Shown piece by piece: positions 47,516 through 63,378 of a stretch of 64,000 nucleotides of DNA. The notes under the pieces were generated by a model. That model saw nothing but the letters and a program-made list of their open reading frames with translations, searched no databases and was not told the DNA's origin. The DNA is from Escherichia typing phage 1, in the sequence record KP869100. One strand, given 5' to 3'. Position 1 is the stretch's first letter. The number at the start of each line of letters is the position of its first letter. A program made the position numbers and the translations under genes.

Positions 47516-48031
47516 ATGATTGATGTCTACTTACAAGATGCTCATGCAGATTTCCTTAAAGAAATGCTTAAAAAGTTTATGGCTTCACAGTATGAGAATG
47601 AAGCATCTTTTAAAATAGTTACATGTGGCGATGAAGCTGGTTTTGTTGAGATTGAACATGAAGGTACTGGAAAGATTGTTTGTAAACTACCTGACAGTAT
47701 GTTCTCTAGTGCATTCTTAACAAAGACTAGCATAAATGTTAAGCTTGTCCCTCAGATTGAAACATACTCTGGTACAGATTACCCTAAAGGTTTCAAGTCA
47801 CTGATGAAGTACTTCTTAGATGACTTTGTGAGTAATCTTCTGAGGGAGGTAAAAGAAAGTCGTACAGTGTTAACTGTAGAGAACATGGGAGGAACTATAA
47901 AGGTTACTTCTGACTGTTTTGTGATGAGCCTCTTCGACTTCGTTCCTAAGAACTTTGATGGTATTCTGGATGAAGAAGATGACTGTGTAGACTTTATATT
48001 GGTTCTTGAACCAGTTTTTGAGGTTAAATAG
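47516..48031 (+). CDS. hypothetical protein
   Basis: 171-aa ORF. Confidence 0.5.
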   Translation: MIDVYLQDAHADFLKEMLKKFMASQYENEASFKIVTCGDEAGFVEIEHEGTGKIVCKLPDSMFSSAFLTKTSINVKLVPQIETYSGTDYPKGFKSLMKYFLDDFVSNLLREVKESRTVLTVENMGGTIKVTSDCFVMSLFDFVPKNFDGILDEEDDCVDFILVLEPVFEVK

Positions 48032-48292
48032 ATGAAAATTGAACACTGCTATGAGTCTGATGGAACACCTATCCGATGTCCACATTGTGGGTGTACAGAC
48101 TTGCAAGGCGAGGTAAGTGAAATAGTCAACGGTCATATCGCTGAAGAGAGTACAAGGTGTACAGAGTGTAATGAAATCATTGCTTTCTGGGCTTATGGTT
48201 CATACCAACCTACACCACACTTAATATACCATAGCAATAAAGCTGTGAAGAATGTTATCAACTGGTTCATTAAGAAAGGATTTACAAAATGA
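48032..48292 (+). CDS. small zinc-ribbon protein
   Basis: 86 aa; CPHCGC ... CTEC. Confidence 0.5.
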   Translation: MKIEHCYESDGTPIRCPHCGCTDLQGEVSEIVNGHIAEESTRCTECNEIIAFWAYGSYQPTPHLIYHSNKAVKNVINWFIKKGFTK

Positions 48293-48834
48293 TTAAATTA
48301 ATCTTTGCAAGTGGTGAACATGGGGAGTTCGGTACTCCAACTGGTATGCCGTGGCCTCGACATAAACAGGATATGCAAGAGTTTAAGAGACTCACTAAAG
48401 GCAACTTGGTAGTCATGGGTAATGAAACTTTTAAGACTCTGGGTAGTAAACCATTACCAGAACGTACAAACCTCGTCTTAACGAACTCTGTTCCATATTT
48501 GGGTATAGACTTTGACAAAGATGATGTAATGTATGCTAAGGCTAGTAAAGAATCCTTTGGAGCATTTTTGAAGTATCTTGATAGCTCTATTGATGAAGAT
48601 GTCTTTGTAATTGGTGGTGCAGGTGTTCTTGTCGATGCTTTGCCGTATGCTGGTGTAGTTTTCCATACAGTTTTCCATAAAGTTACTGAAGAGGCCACTG
48701 TGTATTTACCTTTTGAAAACTTCTTCGATAAACTGTATGATAGCCGTGTGTTTGCAAAGGTGCAGTCAAGACCCTCAGATGATGGTAAAGCAACCTTTGA
48801 GATTTATGTTCCACAAGTAAAAGGACACTTTTGA
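48289..48834 (+). CDS. folA: dihydrofolate reductase
   Basis: 181 aa; MIKLIFA..GMPW..VVMGNETF..PLPERTNLVLT matches the DHFR pattern. Confidence 0.8.
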   Translation: MIKLIFASGEHGEFGTPTGMPWPRHKQDMQEFKRLTKGNLVVMGNETFKTLGSKPLPERTNLVLTNSVPYLGIDFDKDDVMYAKASKESFGAFLKYLDSSIDEDVFVIGGAGVLVDALPYAGVVFHTVFHKVTEEATVYLPFENFFDKLYDSRVFAKVQSRPSDDGKATFEIYVPQVKGHF

Positions 48835-48835
48835 T

Positions 48836-49735
48836 ATGTCACAAGCAGATTCAAGTTATAAAAATATCCTGAACCATGTTTTATCAGTCGGTGAACTGCG
48901 TACTACACGAACTGGAGATGTTATCTCTGCATTTGCTCCACCTAAGTTTCGTTTTGATATGCGAACTGGTTTCCCGCTTTTAACATCTAAACAGGTGTTT
49001 ACACGGCAAGTTATTGGGGAAGCTCTATGGTTCCTGAACGGTGAGAATAAACTTGGTGAACTCCGTTATCGCACTTGGGGTGAAAATGATGGGGAACGCT
49101 GGACTATCTGGTCAGATGATTTTAAACGCTGGTTAAGTTCTAATTATTCTTCTGAACAAGATTGGTTAGAAGATGCAGGTGGGAGAATCTATGGGGTTCA
49201 GTGGAGAAACTTTGAAGGTCATAATGGTTGTGTTGTAGACCAGCTAGAGGCCTTAGTAACGAAGATGAAGGGTGATATCACAGACCGTTACATGCTTGTT
49301 AATGCTTGGAATGCAGCAGATATTGCAGCAAACTCAATGGCTTTAGCACCTTGTCATGTTCTGTTTCAGATTTATATCACTAATGAGGGTGAAGTTGACT
49401 TACAGTGGTATCAACGTTCAGTAGACACCTTTTTAGGACTTCCGTTTAATATTGCGTCTTATGGTTTCATCTTAGAAGTTCTTTGTAAGATGACTGGATA
49501 CACTCCACGGTACTTGATAGGTGTCTTTGGAGATACTCAGATTTATCAGAACCATATGAAACAGGTTTATGAACTGATGAACAATGAAGAGTTCCATGCA
49601 CCTACTTTTGAGATTGGTGTACAGCTTAACACCCTGAGTGACCTGAAACATCTTACTGCAAGTGATTTTATTGGTGGTATTAACAACTACCAACATGCAG
49701 GGAAGATTGAAGCACCTCTGTCAGTAGGTAAGTAA
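48836..49735 (+). CDS. thyA: thymidylate synthase
   Basis: 299 aa; catalytic block ALAPCHVLFQIY...LQWYQRSVDTFLGLPFNIASY. Confidence 0.9.
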   Translation: MSQADSSYKNILNHVLSVGELRTTRTGDVISAFAPPKFRFDMRTGFPLLTSKQVFTRQVIGEALWFLNGENKLGELRYRTWGENDGERWTIWSDDFKRWLSSNYSSEQDWLEDAGGRIYGVQWRNFEGHNGCVVDQLEALVTKMKGDITDRYMLVNAWNAADIAANSMALAPCHVLFQIYITNEGEVDLQWYQRSVDTFLGLPFNIASYGFILEVLCKMTGYTPRYLIGVFGDTQIYQNHMKQVYELMNNEEFHAPTFEIGVQLNTLSDLKHLTASDFIGGINNYQHAGKIEAPLSVGK

Positions 49736-49740
49736 AAACA

Positions 49741-49775
49741 AAAAAGGCTCCTTTTTACGGGAGCCTTAAATTTTA
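49741..49775. terminator. bidirectional intrinsic terminator between convergent blocks
   Basis: GGCTCC..GGGAGCC hairpin flanked by AAAAA and TTAAATTTTATTTTT. Confidence 0.55.
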
Positions 49776-50144
49776 TTTTTCAGTATTCTTTGTGTTCTTT
49801 TCAGTAATAGCTTGCAAGGCTGATACTGATTGAGCCAGATTGTTCACACTGTCAGAGAATTTATCAAGGGTTTTGGTAAGTTTTGCGTTTTCACCCTTAA
49901 CATTCTCTAACTGAACTTTCTGGTTCTCCATCCCTAGCTGAATCAATCTCATGTCAGACTGTAAATCACGAATAGCTGAATAGTTACTTTTGGAATAATT
50001 ATCTAGCTGCTGTAACTTTGTTGTGACAGACACTTCCTGCTTACCACTTGAGACTTGCATAGTGGTATACATCCCAATAACACTAAAAATACCAACTACA
50101 ATTGCACCAATATTATTTTTAAAAGCTTCCTCTAGCCACTTCAT
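49773..50144 (-). CDS. membrane-anchored coiled-coil protein (holin/antiholin- or spanin-like candidate)
   Basis: 123 aa; TM IGAIVVGIFSVIGMY then helical region. Confidence 0.45.
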   Translation of the reverse strand: MKWLEEAFKNNIGAIVVGIFSVIGMYTTMQVSSGKQEVSVTTKLQQLDNYSKSNYSAIRDLQSDMRLIQLGMENQKVQLENVKGENAKLTKTLDKFSDSVNNLAQSVSALQAITEKNTKNTEK

Positions 50145-50339
50145 TTATTTCTCCCCCTTAAAAGCTTTTTCTAAGTTATCTACGAACTCATCATCAATAG
50201 GTGTATCTGTTTTACTCGCAAGGTATCTTGCAAGCTTAAAGAACACTTTCTCAATCATGTATTCACTTAGAAGGGATAAAATGAGTTTCCAGAAGAAGCT
50301 ACCTAGATTTTTTAGAAGAATTGCTAGGATTGTAGGCAT
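50145..50339 (-). CDS. small membrane protein (holin candidate)
   Basis: 64 aa; hydrophobic ILAILLKNLGSFFWKLILSLL then charged tail. Confidence 0.4.
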   Translation of the reverse strand: MPTILAILLKNLGSFFWKLILSLLSEYMIEKVFFKLARYLASKTDTPIDDEFVDNLEKAFKGEK

Positions 50340-50418
50340 TTAATCACCTCATCAGCCAAGATGGTGAGAATACCCATAAAGAATATTAACACCATCTTAA
50401 CAATCAGTCAACAAGGGA

Positions 50419-52965
50419 TTAAGCAGTTCTTACCCAAGCCATTAACTTATAGAACTGGTTAGTAACACTAAATGCTGAACCAGAACCAGTACCACCTGTG
50501 TTACCGCTAACTGTGTGGCTGTGAGCACCAATACCAACAGTGTGGCTGTGGTTACCTGTTGTATTCGTTACACCAGACCAGTTTCTTGATGCGTTGAAGT
50601 TGACAGGGATACCATTAGTAAAGTTGTTACCAGTATACCCTTTAGAACCTGCCTGACTACCGAGGTAGAATGCACCACTTGCTGTGTAGAAGCTACTAGC
50701 GTCACTTCTGAAGTAACCAAATGAACCAGTAATCTCCATAGTACCTCTGTTGTGGTTGTGGTTACCAGTTGTGCTAGAAGTCTTAGTACCATAGTCAAAT
50801 GATGAAGTAGTAGCAGAGAATCTGTGCGTGTGTGAAGGTAAGTTACCAACAGACAACGTTACAGAGTCTGAACCACCAGTTGTAGCAACATCTGAACCGT
50901 TTGCTGCTGCAATTCTAATAGTTCTACCAACACCATTATTCAGGTACGTCCAAGTTAACCCAGGAAGTGCTGTGTTTGGGTTGACATTACTGTTAAACCA
51001 CGTCACAATACCTACTGGATAGATTTTATTCAGGTCTGTAGAGTCACTAATTGCTTCTGCAATCTTCTGGTCAGTCTCTGCTTTAGTGTATGCACCAATA
51101 TCTGAAGGGGTTGGTTTTTGCAAACTTGTGTAGTATTTTGCAATTGTACCCTTCACAATACCTTGTGGAGCATCATCAAATGTCTGTGGGACTTCAAACA
51201 ACTGTACACTTGCATTACTAGAAGACTGAACCCTTGTCGTTGTGCTGTTTTGATACGTACCAGCAAGATAGTAAATATCATAGGTGTCTCCAGAAGTATT
51301 CACATAACCAATATCCCTGACAATGGTGTTCTCTGATGTTCTCCAAGCAACAACATTTAAGCCCTTTGGATTGTTATTTGAAGTTCGCAGAACAATTTCA
51401 CATTTACCTGCTTGGTTTGGTGTATTAATATTAAAACCTGACCCACCAAATACCTCAATAACAGCAGTGGATGCTGATTGTGGCATCACAACAGTGGCAA
51501 TTTTAGCCCACTTATCAGTGTTTCCCACATTGAAGCTAGTGCTTCTGATTCTTAGGTATCTACTATCACTAGCACTTTGCGTAAAGTATCTAGCATCTAA
51601 GTTAGAGAAATCTGAAGGTTGAACTTGTCCAGCAATAGTCAATGTTTTGTTAATGTATGATGTTGTATTCCCGAGAACCAATTGGGTTCCAGAATAACTG
51701 TTATTTAGGGTAACATCATTCGTGTCAGCACCACCAACACCAATCCACCATCTTGATACATTAGTAGTGTCCACACCACGAATATATAATGGTCTATTCT
51801 GAGTAGAGTTTTTAACAATCAGACCTTCATTATCCGTAACAACTGTCTGTACACCATTAAAAGTATTCCTTGCATTAGTTCTTGCAATCGTACTTAATGT
51901 TGCTACCGGAATATATCTAGAGTCAATGTTAGCCCAATCTGAAGGTTGGACTTGTCCAGTGATTTGCACAGTTTTATTGATACCAATAGTAGTACCTAGT
52001 GAAACCTGTGAACCTGTAAGGTAGTTATAAATGTTTAGACGTGTCTCGTCAGAATCTGTACCAACATACCATTTATTTGTTCCATCAGACTTCTTACCGA
52101 GAATGTAAAGTGCTGTATTTGCATCAGTATTCTGCAAAGTAATGGCATTAGCATTCTTCTTAGCAACAAGGTTAGTGAAAGTGTTAGCACCTGTAAAAGT
52201 ATTATTGCCAGCTAACTGTGCAAATCTCTGATTAGCTGCCGTCTGAGTAAAGTATCTAGCATCTAAGTTAGAGAAATCAGAAGGCTGAACTTGACCAGTG
52301 ATTGCTAAAGACTTATTAACAGAGATATTACTTGCAACAGTCAAGACTGAGTTGTATTTGCTATTGTACAGCTTTACTTCGTCAGAGCCATTACTACCAA
52401 TACCAACCCACCATCTAGCCGAACCATCTAGGTTTACACCTTCAATATATTGTGCATTATTTGCATTTTGGTTTCTAAGGCGAAGTAAGTTAGCATCACC
52501 TTGAATGTTCTGAGTCCCAGAGAATGTGTTTGTGATAGCAAGTCTTGCATATCTTGCGTCATTCTCTTCATTAGTTCTCATACCAAGCTCATTAGGACTT
52601 GGCTTATTCAGAGTATGATAAACAGTTGCTGACCTTGAAGCATCTGCAATAGTTAGTTTAAGACCACTTGCGTTAAGTTTAAAAGTCTTTAAAACATCCC
52701 CAATAGTAATCTCAGAAGAACCTGTAGGGTCAAATACTGCCTTACCACCGTAAAGTAACTTGACAATACCTAAATCCCCCGTCATAGTGCTTCCAGCAAT
52801 CTGAACAAACCTTTCTAGTTTGAAGGAAGCTAAGAAGTCTTGATAGGTCATTCTACGGTCTTCGTCACCCAACATTTCAGGTCTTTTCTTAACTCTGATG
52901 TGCAATAGGTCTTCTGAACGAATTGTGTCGATTGAGTTTAACTGACTCAATTTGTAATCTGCCAT
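50419..52965 (-). CDS. tail fibre protein (long, His-rich C-terminal tip)
   Basis: Start trimmed to the ATG at 52965 behind an AGAGGA SD; Gly/Ser/Thr/Asn-rich repeats; C-terminal HTH/HNH/HSH triplets; C-terminus homologous to the upstream fibre. Confidence 0.75.
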   Translation of the reverse strand: MADYKLSQLNSIDTIRSEDLLHIRVKKRPEMLGDEDRRMTYQDFLASFKLERFVQIAGSTMTGDLGIVKLLYGGKAVFDPTGSSEITIGDVLKTFKLNASGLKLTIADASRSATVYHTLNKPSPNELGMRTNEENDARYARLAITNTFSGTQNIQGDANLLRLRNQNANNAQYIEGVNLDGSARWWVGIGSNGSDEVKLYNSKYNSVLTVASNISVNKSLAITGQVQPSDFSNLDARYFTQTAANQRFAQLAGNNTFTGANTFTNLVAKKNANAITLQNTDANTALYILGKKSDGTNKWYVGTDSDETRLNIYNYLTGSQVSLGTTIGINKTVQITGQVQPSDWANIDSRYIPVATLSTIARTNARNTFNGVQTVVTDNEGLIVKNSTQNRPLYIRGVDTTNVSRWWIGVGGADTNDVTLNNSYSGTQLVLGNTTSYINKTLTIAGQVQPSDFSNLDARYFTQSASDSRYLRIRSTSFNVGNTDKWAKIATVVMPQSASTAVIEVFGGSGFNINTPNQAGKCEIVLRTSNNNPKGLNVVAWRTSENTIVRDIGYVNTSGDTYDIYYLAGTYQNSTTTRVQSSSNASVQLFEVPQTFDDAPQGIVKGTIAKYYTSLQKPTPSDIGAYTKAETDQKIAEAISDSTDLNKIYPVGIVTWFNSNVNPNTALPGLTWTYLNNGVGRTIRIAAANGSDVATTGGSDSVTLSVGNLPSHTHRFSATTSSFDYGTKTSSTTGNHNHNRGTMEITGSFGYFRSDASSFYTASGAFYLGSQAGSKGYTGNNFTNGIPVNFNASRNWSGVTNTTGNHSHTVGIGAHSHTVSGNTGGTGSGSAFSVTNQFYKLMAWVRTA

Positions 52966-53011
52966 TATGAATTTTCCTCTTAAAAGGGGCTTTATAGCCC
53001 CTGTAAAGAAA

Positions 53012-54187
53012 TTAAGCTGTTCTCTGCCACACATACACTACAAAAGATGGCTGCTCAACACTGAAAGCTTGACCACCACCAACAGAACCAGATGTCCCTG
53101 AGTGTGTATGCTCAGAGCTAGAAACAGTAACAGTGCCTGTATGACTGTGCGAACCAATATTAACAGTGTGGCTGTGAGCACCAATTGCGACAGTATGGCT
53201 ATGAGCACCAGATGATGCAGTTGTACCTGAGAAGCTATGGGTGTGAGCACCAGCTAAATCAGTATACATAGCATTACCAACACCAGCATCAGCAGATGCA
53301 GTAATAGCGTTTGTGCCACCCCTATCATTACCCCTCATAGGGACTCTATGGTTGTGGTTACCAGCATTACTTGTTGTGCCACTAAACGTGTGAGTGTGAG
53401 CACCAGCACTATTAGTCGTTTTTGTACCGTAATCAAAAGTTGATGTACTTTTTGAACCATAATCAAAACTAGAGATAGATACACTTGCAGAGTGTGTATG
53501 ACCACCACCTGTTAGATAGATAGAGTGAGTATGTGCTGGTAAATTATTATTTGTTAATGCTACAGTCTGAGAACCAAACGTTGAACCAACAGGTCTAGAA
53601 TCTGTATCATAACCAACTAGTGCTCTACCTTTAGAAACTAACTCCCAAGTACCTCCACAAAGCAAGTAAGTGGATGGGTTAGCAGAGTTAACAGATAGAT
53701 GAATAGTCCCTACTGGATATGACGCTTGGATAGCTTTGTATAAATTATTAACTGCTTTCGCGGTAGCATACTTATCAGCATCTTCATTGTACAGATTAGA
53801 TGTTGTCCAGTTCTGAACATTACTTAAACCAACCTGTGCTTTCGTTGTATTGTGTGGGTTACTTTTGTCGTCAATATGTTGCTGAATTAAGTTATTCACT
53901 TCCTCTGACGACATAATTTGTAGATTTGCTCTTGCCTCAGCAACACTTACAATATCTGACAAGTTATTAGCTGCAACTAATTGAAGAGAGTTAATAACAT
54001 TATCAAGACCTACTTGTGATTTAGTTACACCATGAGGGTTATTCCTCAAAGATGCGTGAGGTGCTAACAACTGCTCAAGCGTACATCTTTTATCCTCAAC
54101 ACCTTGCTTAAGGTGGAAGATATCACTCAAATCAACTGGTAAGGCCGCTTGTGGCAAGGCACTAATTTGAATTTCACCTACTGCCAT
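53012..54187 (-). CDS. tail fibre protein (short paralogue)
   Basis: 391 aa; His-rich C-terminal repeats (AHTHSFSGTT, GAHSHTVAIGAHSHTV) and a C-terminus matching the other fibre. Confidence 0.7.
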   Translation of the reverse strand: MAVGEIQISALPQAALPVDLSDIFHLKQGVEDKRCTLEQLLAPHASLRNNPHGVTKSQVGLDNVINSLQLVAANNLSDIVSVAEARANLQIMSSEEVNNLIQQHIDDKSNPHNTTKAQVGLSNVQNWTTSNLYNEDADKYATAKAVNNLYKAIQASYPVGTIHLSVNSANPSTYLLCGGTWELVSKGRALVGYDTDSRPVGSTFGSQTVALTNNNLPAHTHSIYLTGGGHTHSASVSISSFDYGSKSTSTFDYGTKTTNSAGAHTHTFSGTTSNAGNHNHRVPMRGNDRGGTNAITASADAGVGNAMYTDLAGAHTHSFSGTTASSGAHSHTVAIGAHSHTVNIGSHSHTGTVTVSSSEHTHSGTSGSVGGGQAFSVEQPSFVVYVWQRTA

Positions 54188-54189
54188 TA

Positions 54190-54492
54190 TTAAGCTCCTA
54201 CATATTCATATGTGTAAAGGTTTCTTGTACTTGTTGATGCAGTCCCTGTCTCAGACTTAATGAGATTCCAGCCATTAGCCACTAAATCTGGTTGCTCAGT
54301 TGCATATGAACGAACTTCACCAACAGTGCCATTTACTTTATTCAGCAGGTAGTTGATAATATAGTTGAACCACTGTCTACCCATAGGCTCACCCTTTAAA
54401 AGACCTGTCTCTTGAACTTCCGGTGGTGGTAAAACTTTTAACTGATTACCATCAGTATCTACTTCGTTTGTAGACCAATTTAGAACTGCCAT
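54190..54492 (-). CDS. tail fibre/baseplate-associated small protein
   Basis: 100 aa; coupled to neighbours in the fibre-baseplate module. Confidence 0.4.
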   Translation of the reverse strand: MAVLNWSTNEVDTDGNQLKVLPPPEVQETGLLKGEPMGRQWFNYIINYLLNKVNGTVGEVRSYATEQPDLVANGWNLIKSETGTASTSTRNLYTYEYVGA

Positions 54493-55346
54493 TAAGAATT
54501 TCCTTCTTGTTGTGATTTATCTTTTCTGCCTTTGACAATTTGTGCAACCTCAGCCATGATTCCATATGCACCACCTGCAATAGCTTCTTTACCAGCAATG
54601 AAATAGCCACTATTATTAGACCTATCTACAGTCATATAATCATCGCTCTGTGGGTTTGCTGTTCTGTCAACCTTAAAGTAACCATCAATAACACCAGCAT
54701 CTGCAAGACTCCCTACTAGGTTGGACTCCAGAGAGCCACCAGTGTTATTTGTTACCAGACCCCTGTTAGCATCAGTTACAAACCAGTTCTCTTTATCATC
54801 AACAATAGCAAGTGATGAATCAGCAACCTCTACAGGTGTCCAAGCAGTCCCATTTAAAGTAACATCTCTTAAGATAACAGCGGAACCAGTGGTTGTTGCA
54901 GAAATCTTTGACAGTGTATATGCAGCATCAAGAACGCTTTTTCTAGTATTAATACGGATAACGATACCACCAGTCTTAGGAGTAATATGCTCAAAAATCT
55001 GAGAGAAAGTTGCACCATACAATGTCATAATTGCTTTTTGCAAGAATGTTGGAGTAGTATCAGAACGTCTTAGGAAGATTTGGATATAAAGCATAGCTCT
55101 GTATGTTTCATCATCAGCACCTAAAGGTCTAGGAACTTTAATCAGTGAGCCAATATTATCAAGTTGTTGACCTACTGACGTCCTGATATTTCTCTCTGTG
55201 TGCATCTGCCAGCAAACATCCTCTAGTGTTTGTAGCTCATCAGTGATTGCTTTCAAGATACTTGTATAGATAAATTTATCTTTAAACTGTGTTACAGTCC
55301 TTTCATCAAGTGTTTTATAATAAACACTATCAATCTTTTCAAACAT
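54492..55346 (-). CDS. baseplate/tail structural protein
   Basis: 284 aa; position between baseplate and fibre genes. Confidence 0.45.
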   Translation of the reverse strand: MFEKIDSVYYKTLDERTVTQFKDKFIYTSILKAITDELQTLEDVCWQMHTERNIRTSVGQQLDNIGSLIKVPRPLGADDETYRAMLYIQIFLRRSDTTPTFLQKAIMTLYGATFSQIFEHITPKTGGIVIRINTRKSVLDAAYTLSKISATTTGSAVILRDVTLNGTAWTPVEVADSSLAIVDDKENWFVTDANRGLVTNNTGGSLESNLVGSLADAGVIDGYFKVDRTANPQSDDYMTVDRSNNSGYFIAGKEAIAGGAYGIMAEVAQIVKGRKDKSQQEGNS

Positions 55347-55348
55347 TA

Positions 55349-56817
55349 TTACTCCTTAGTGATGGTATACTGGCTACTTTCCCAAACAGTATATTGGTCA
55401 CCGTCAACAGTAATTCTTGCTGTAGTATATTGTCCGTCACTAGGTGGAACTGATTGGCTGTTTGATAATGCTACTTTCACCTCATTAATCTCAATACCTT
55501 TGATTACGTCATAGATGTACCCATAAATTCTGTTAGGGATAACATCATTACCAACCTTAAGAGTTCTTCCGTAGGCGTTAATACCTTGCACAATACTATC
55601 TCTGATATCTTCTTCAGGGATTGTCAAACTTTCTTCGTCATATAATGAGTAAGACACCTTAACAAATGCGTATTTTGGTGTTGGTCTGCTAAAATAGATA
55701 TTATGTGCCAGACCACCTAAATCATAGGCTGTACCAAAAATTGAGCCATAAGCCCTGATACCAGCAGGTTTTGTATCCCAGATTGCTTGAGCAACATTAT
55801 CATTTTGACCACCAACTACAACAATCTTAAAAGATTTTGGTGGAAGACCTTCTGAGTTTGTCTCTTCAGTATCATTTTCAACACCTGAAGCATCTGAGAC
55901 ACCTTGAACTCTTTTAACAGCAGCTACAATTGCATCCAAAGTCCCTACACCAGTAACTGCTAAGGATTCTAAATATCTCTGTCTAAGTTCTGTGTCAGTT
56001 TCTTCGTTTCTACCAGTCGTTAAGTCATACCTGTTATAGATGCTGTCAAGACCATCAACAGTTGTCTCAATCTCAATAAGAGTTCCAGCTAAAGCAGGAA
56101 TAGCACCAACCTCTTCAGCTACTACATCTGAGATAGTTGTAATCTTTGTAAAGGTCAGAAACGTTGTCGCAGTGACAACCATAGGATTTGTTCTTGCAAT
56201 GATATCACCCTCATCTTTATAGACTCTTAATGCGGCTCCATCATTGATAACTTCTGCTTTTGCTACAATACCACCATTAATAGCCTCTGCTAATTTAGTT
56301 AGGAGTGTGGTAATTGTGTCTGATGAGGTTGGTTTATATGAGAAAATAACGTTATCAATAATAATAACATAATCTGCATCAGTTCGTAAAGAGTTAACTT
56401 CAAGAACAGCTTCAACACAATATGATGGGGTAAGGGTAATATTGTTAACTGGATAAAAGATATTTCCAGCAGTACTTCTCAATCTTGTTGTTGAAGAGAT
56501 GGTAGCACCAGTTGTTCCAGTGAACTCAACCTGACCCCTTGTTGCCTGAGCAACATATCTGTATACAGCATTCAAAGCTGTAATATCATCAAGGTTAAAT
56601 CCTTCAGCCTTGTCAATTGTCCCGCCGTCATAGATTTCTGATAGAATCTCGTGTGTATCTGCTAAAGACCTTGCAATTGAAGCTAGGAAGAGACCTAATT
56701 GGCTATCTTCAGAGACGTCAAGGTTTGGTGAAATATCTCTAAGAAGTCTTGATTTGATATTATCAAAAATTTCCTGATATCTTAGAGTTTGTAATCCTGT
56801 TGTAGTTAATCCTGCCA

Positions 56818-56818
<1 letters not shown>
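55349..56818 (-). CDS. baseplate protein (J-like, by position)
   Basis: 489 aa; largest baseplate-module protein; no motif confirmed. Confidence 0.45.
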
Positions 56819-62202
<5,384 letters not shown>

Positions 62203-62203
<1 letters not shown>

Positions 62204-62442
62204 TACATTTTTCCTGCTCTTCTAAGTTCGTTGTAAGCAATTTCCTCTTTATACGACCTCTGAATCTCAAGAAATTGTCTCAATGATAATAAATCAGAGA
62301 ATGTCATAGCAAAGAGTTGGTCAAGTGTTTCTTTACACCCTTCCATACCATAAATAGCAAGCACAAATTTCATCTCGTCTGCTTCTTCATAGGTTGCCTC
62401 TACAGCAGCATCAGTTAGTGGTGTCTGTAGAGTGTTACCCAT
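62203..62442 (-). CDS. tail assembly chaperone (distal part)
   Basis: 79 aa; abuts the upstream 132-aa ORF in the usual G/GT position. Confidence 0.4.
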
Positions 62443-62444
62443 GT

Positions 62445-62843
62445 TTACTGAGAAGTTAGGCTTTTGAAAATGCTTGCTTCGAAAAAACTTCCGAAGTTTG
62501 CCTCCAGCGCAAATGCTAAGTAATCAATAAACTCACCGTAGTTTGCTTGGAAGTACGTATCAATATTAAGTGGGAAGTCATCGACAGTTGCCCCTTGAAA
62601 TAGTAATGTAGCCATTTCTTCAAGGTTAATTTCTTCAATTCTGTCAAAACAAGCTTCAACAAGTTCTTTAAATGGAACCATTGGAGCTTCTTTCTTGTCT
62701 TTATCAGTCAGACTTGACAGCATCTGTGCAAAGGTTGGAACAACAATTTTACCCAACTTCATAGACATCTTAATACCATCTCTCGCCCCAAGCAGAACGA
62801 TATTTACTTTCTTACCATTAATTACTCTAGATTCTGTTTTCAT
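62445..62843 (-). CDS. tail assembly chaperone
   Basis: 132 aa; between tube and tape measure genes. Confidence 0.45.
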   Translation of the reverse strand: MKTESRVINGKKVNIVLLGARDGIKMSMKLGKIVVPTFAQMLSSLTDKDKKEAPMVPFKELVEACFDRIEEINLEEMATLLFQGATVDDFPLNIDTYFQANYGEFIDYLAFALEANFGSFFEASIFKSLTSQ

Positions 62844-62916
62844 TGTGATTCCTTAATACTTTTAAAAGAAACAAAAAAGGGGAAGACCTTTTAAAGTCTC
62901 CCCCTTATAGGATTTA

Positions 62917-63363
62917 TTAAACACTTGACGCTGGAATTGTAGAAGTGTAGTCTAGCTTCTCACAACCAAAAATCCAAGTTTTAGAGTTCTGGTCACGACC
63001 AAGTTCAATCTGTGGTAATTCCTGCAACCAAGCATTAATACCAGTTGCCAGAACAGAGCCTGATGGGTCGTAGATTACGAAGTTAGAAGAGATATCTTCT
63101 TCAAGTTCCATATTGTCTTGTTTAGCTTGAATTGCAGAAAGCATCTGGTTAGAGAGAGAAGTCTGCATTAGCTCAATCTCAATAGTACCTGTCTTGTCTG
63201 CATTTCTTGTCAGAGCAACTTGACCACCTGCACCTACAACTGGTGTCACAAGTGGTGATGTTCTCTGTAGACGTAAGAATGAGTCTGGGGCAAAGCCTTC
63301 AATGGCAATACCATTCCAGCTACACACAACGTCTTTAGGGGAATATTGCTGATACATAGCCAT
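62917..63363 (-). CDS. tail tube protein
   Basis: 148 aa; between sheath and chaperones. Confidence 0.5.
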   Translation of the reverse strand: MAMYQQYSPKDVVCSWNGIAIEGFAPDSFLRLQRTSPLVTPVVGAGGQVALTRNADKTGTIEIELMQTSLSNQMLSAIQAKQDNMELEEDISSNFVIYDPSGSVLATGINAWLQELPQIELGRDQNSKTWIFGCEKLDYTSTIPASSV

Positions 63364-63378
63364 TCCAATTTACCTCTA

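Noticed and set aside
50568-53250. Small ORFs on either strand inside the tail-fibre genes
   Set aside because: Low-complexity, repeat-driven frames inside long fibre ORFs.
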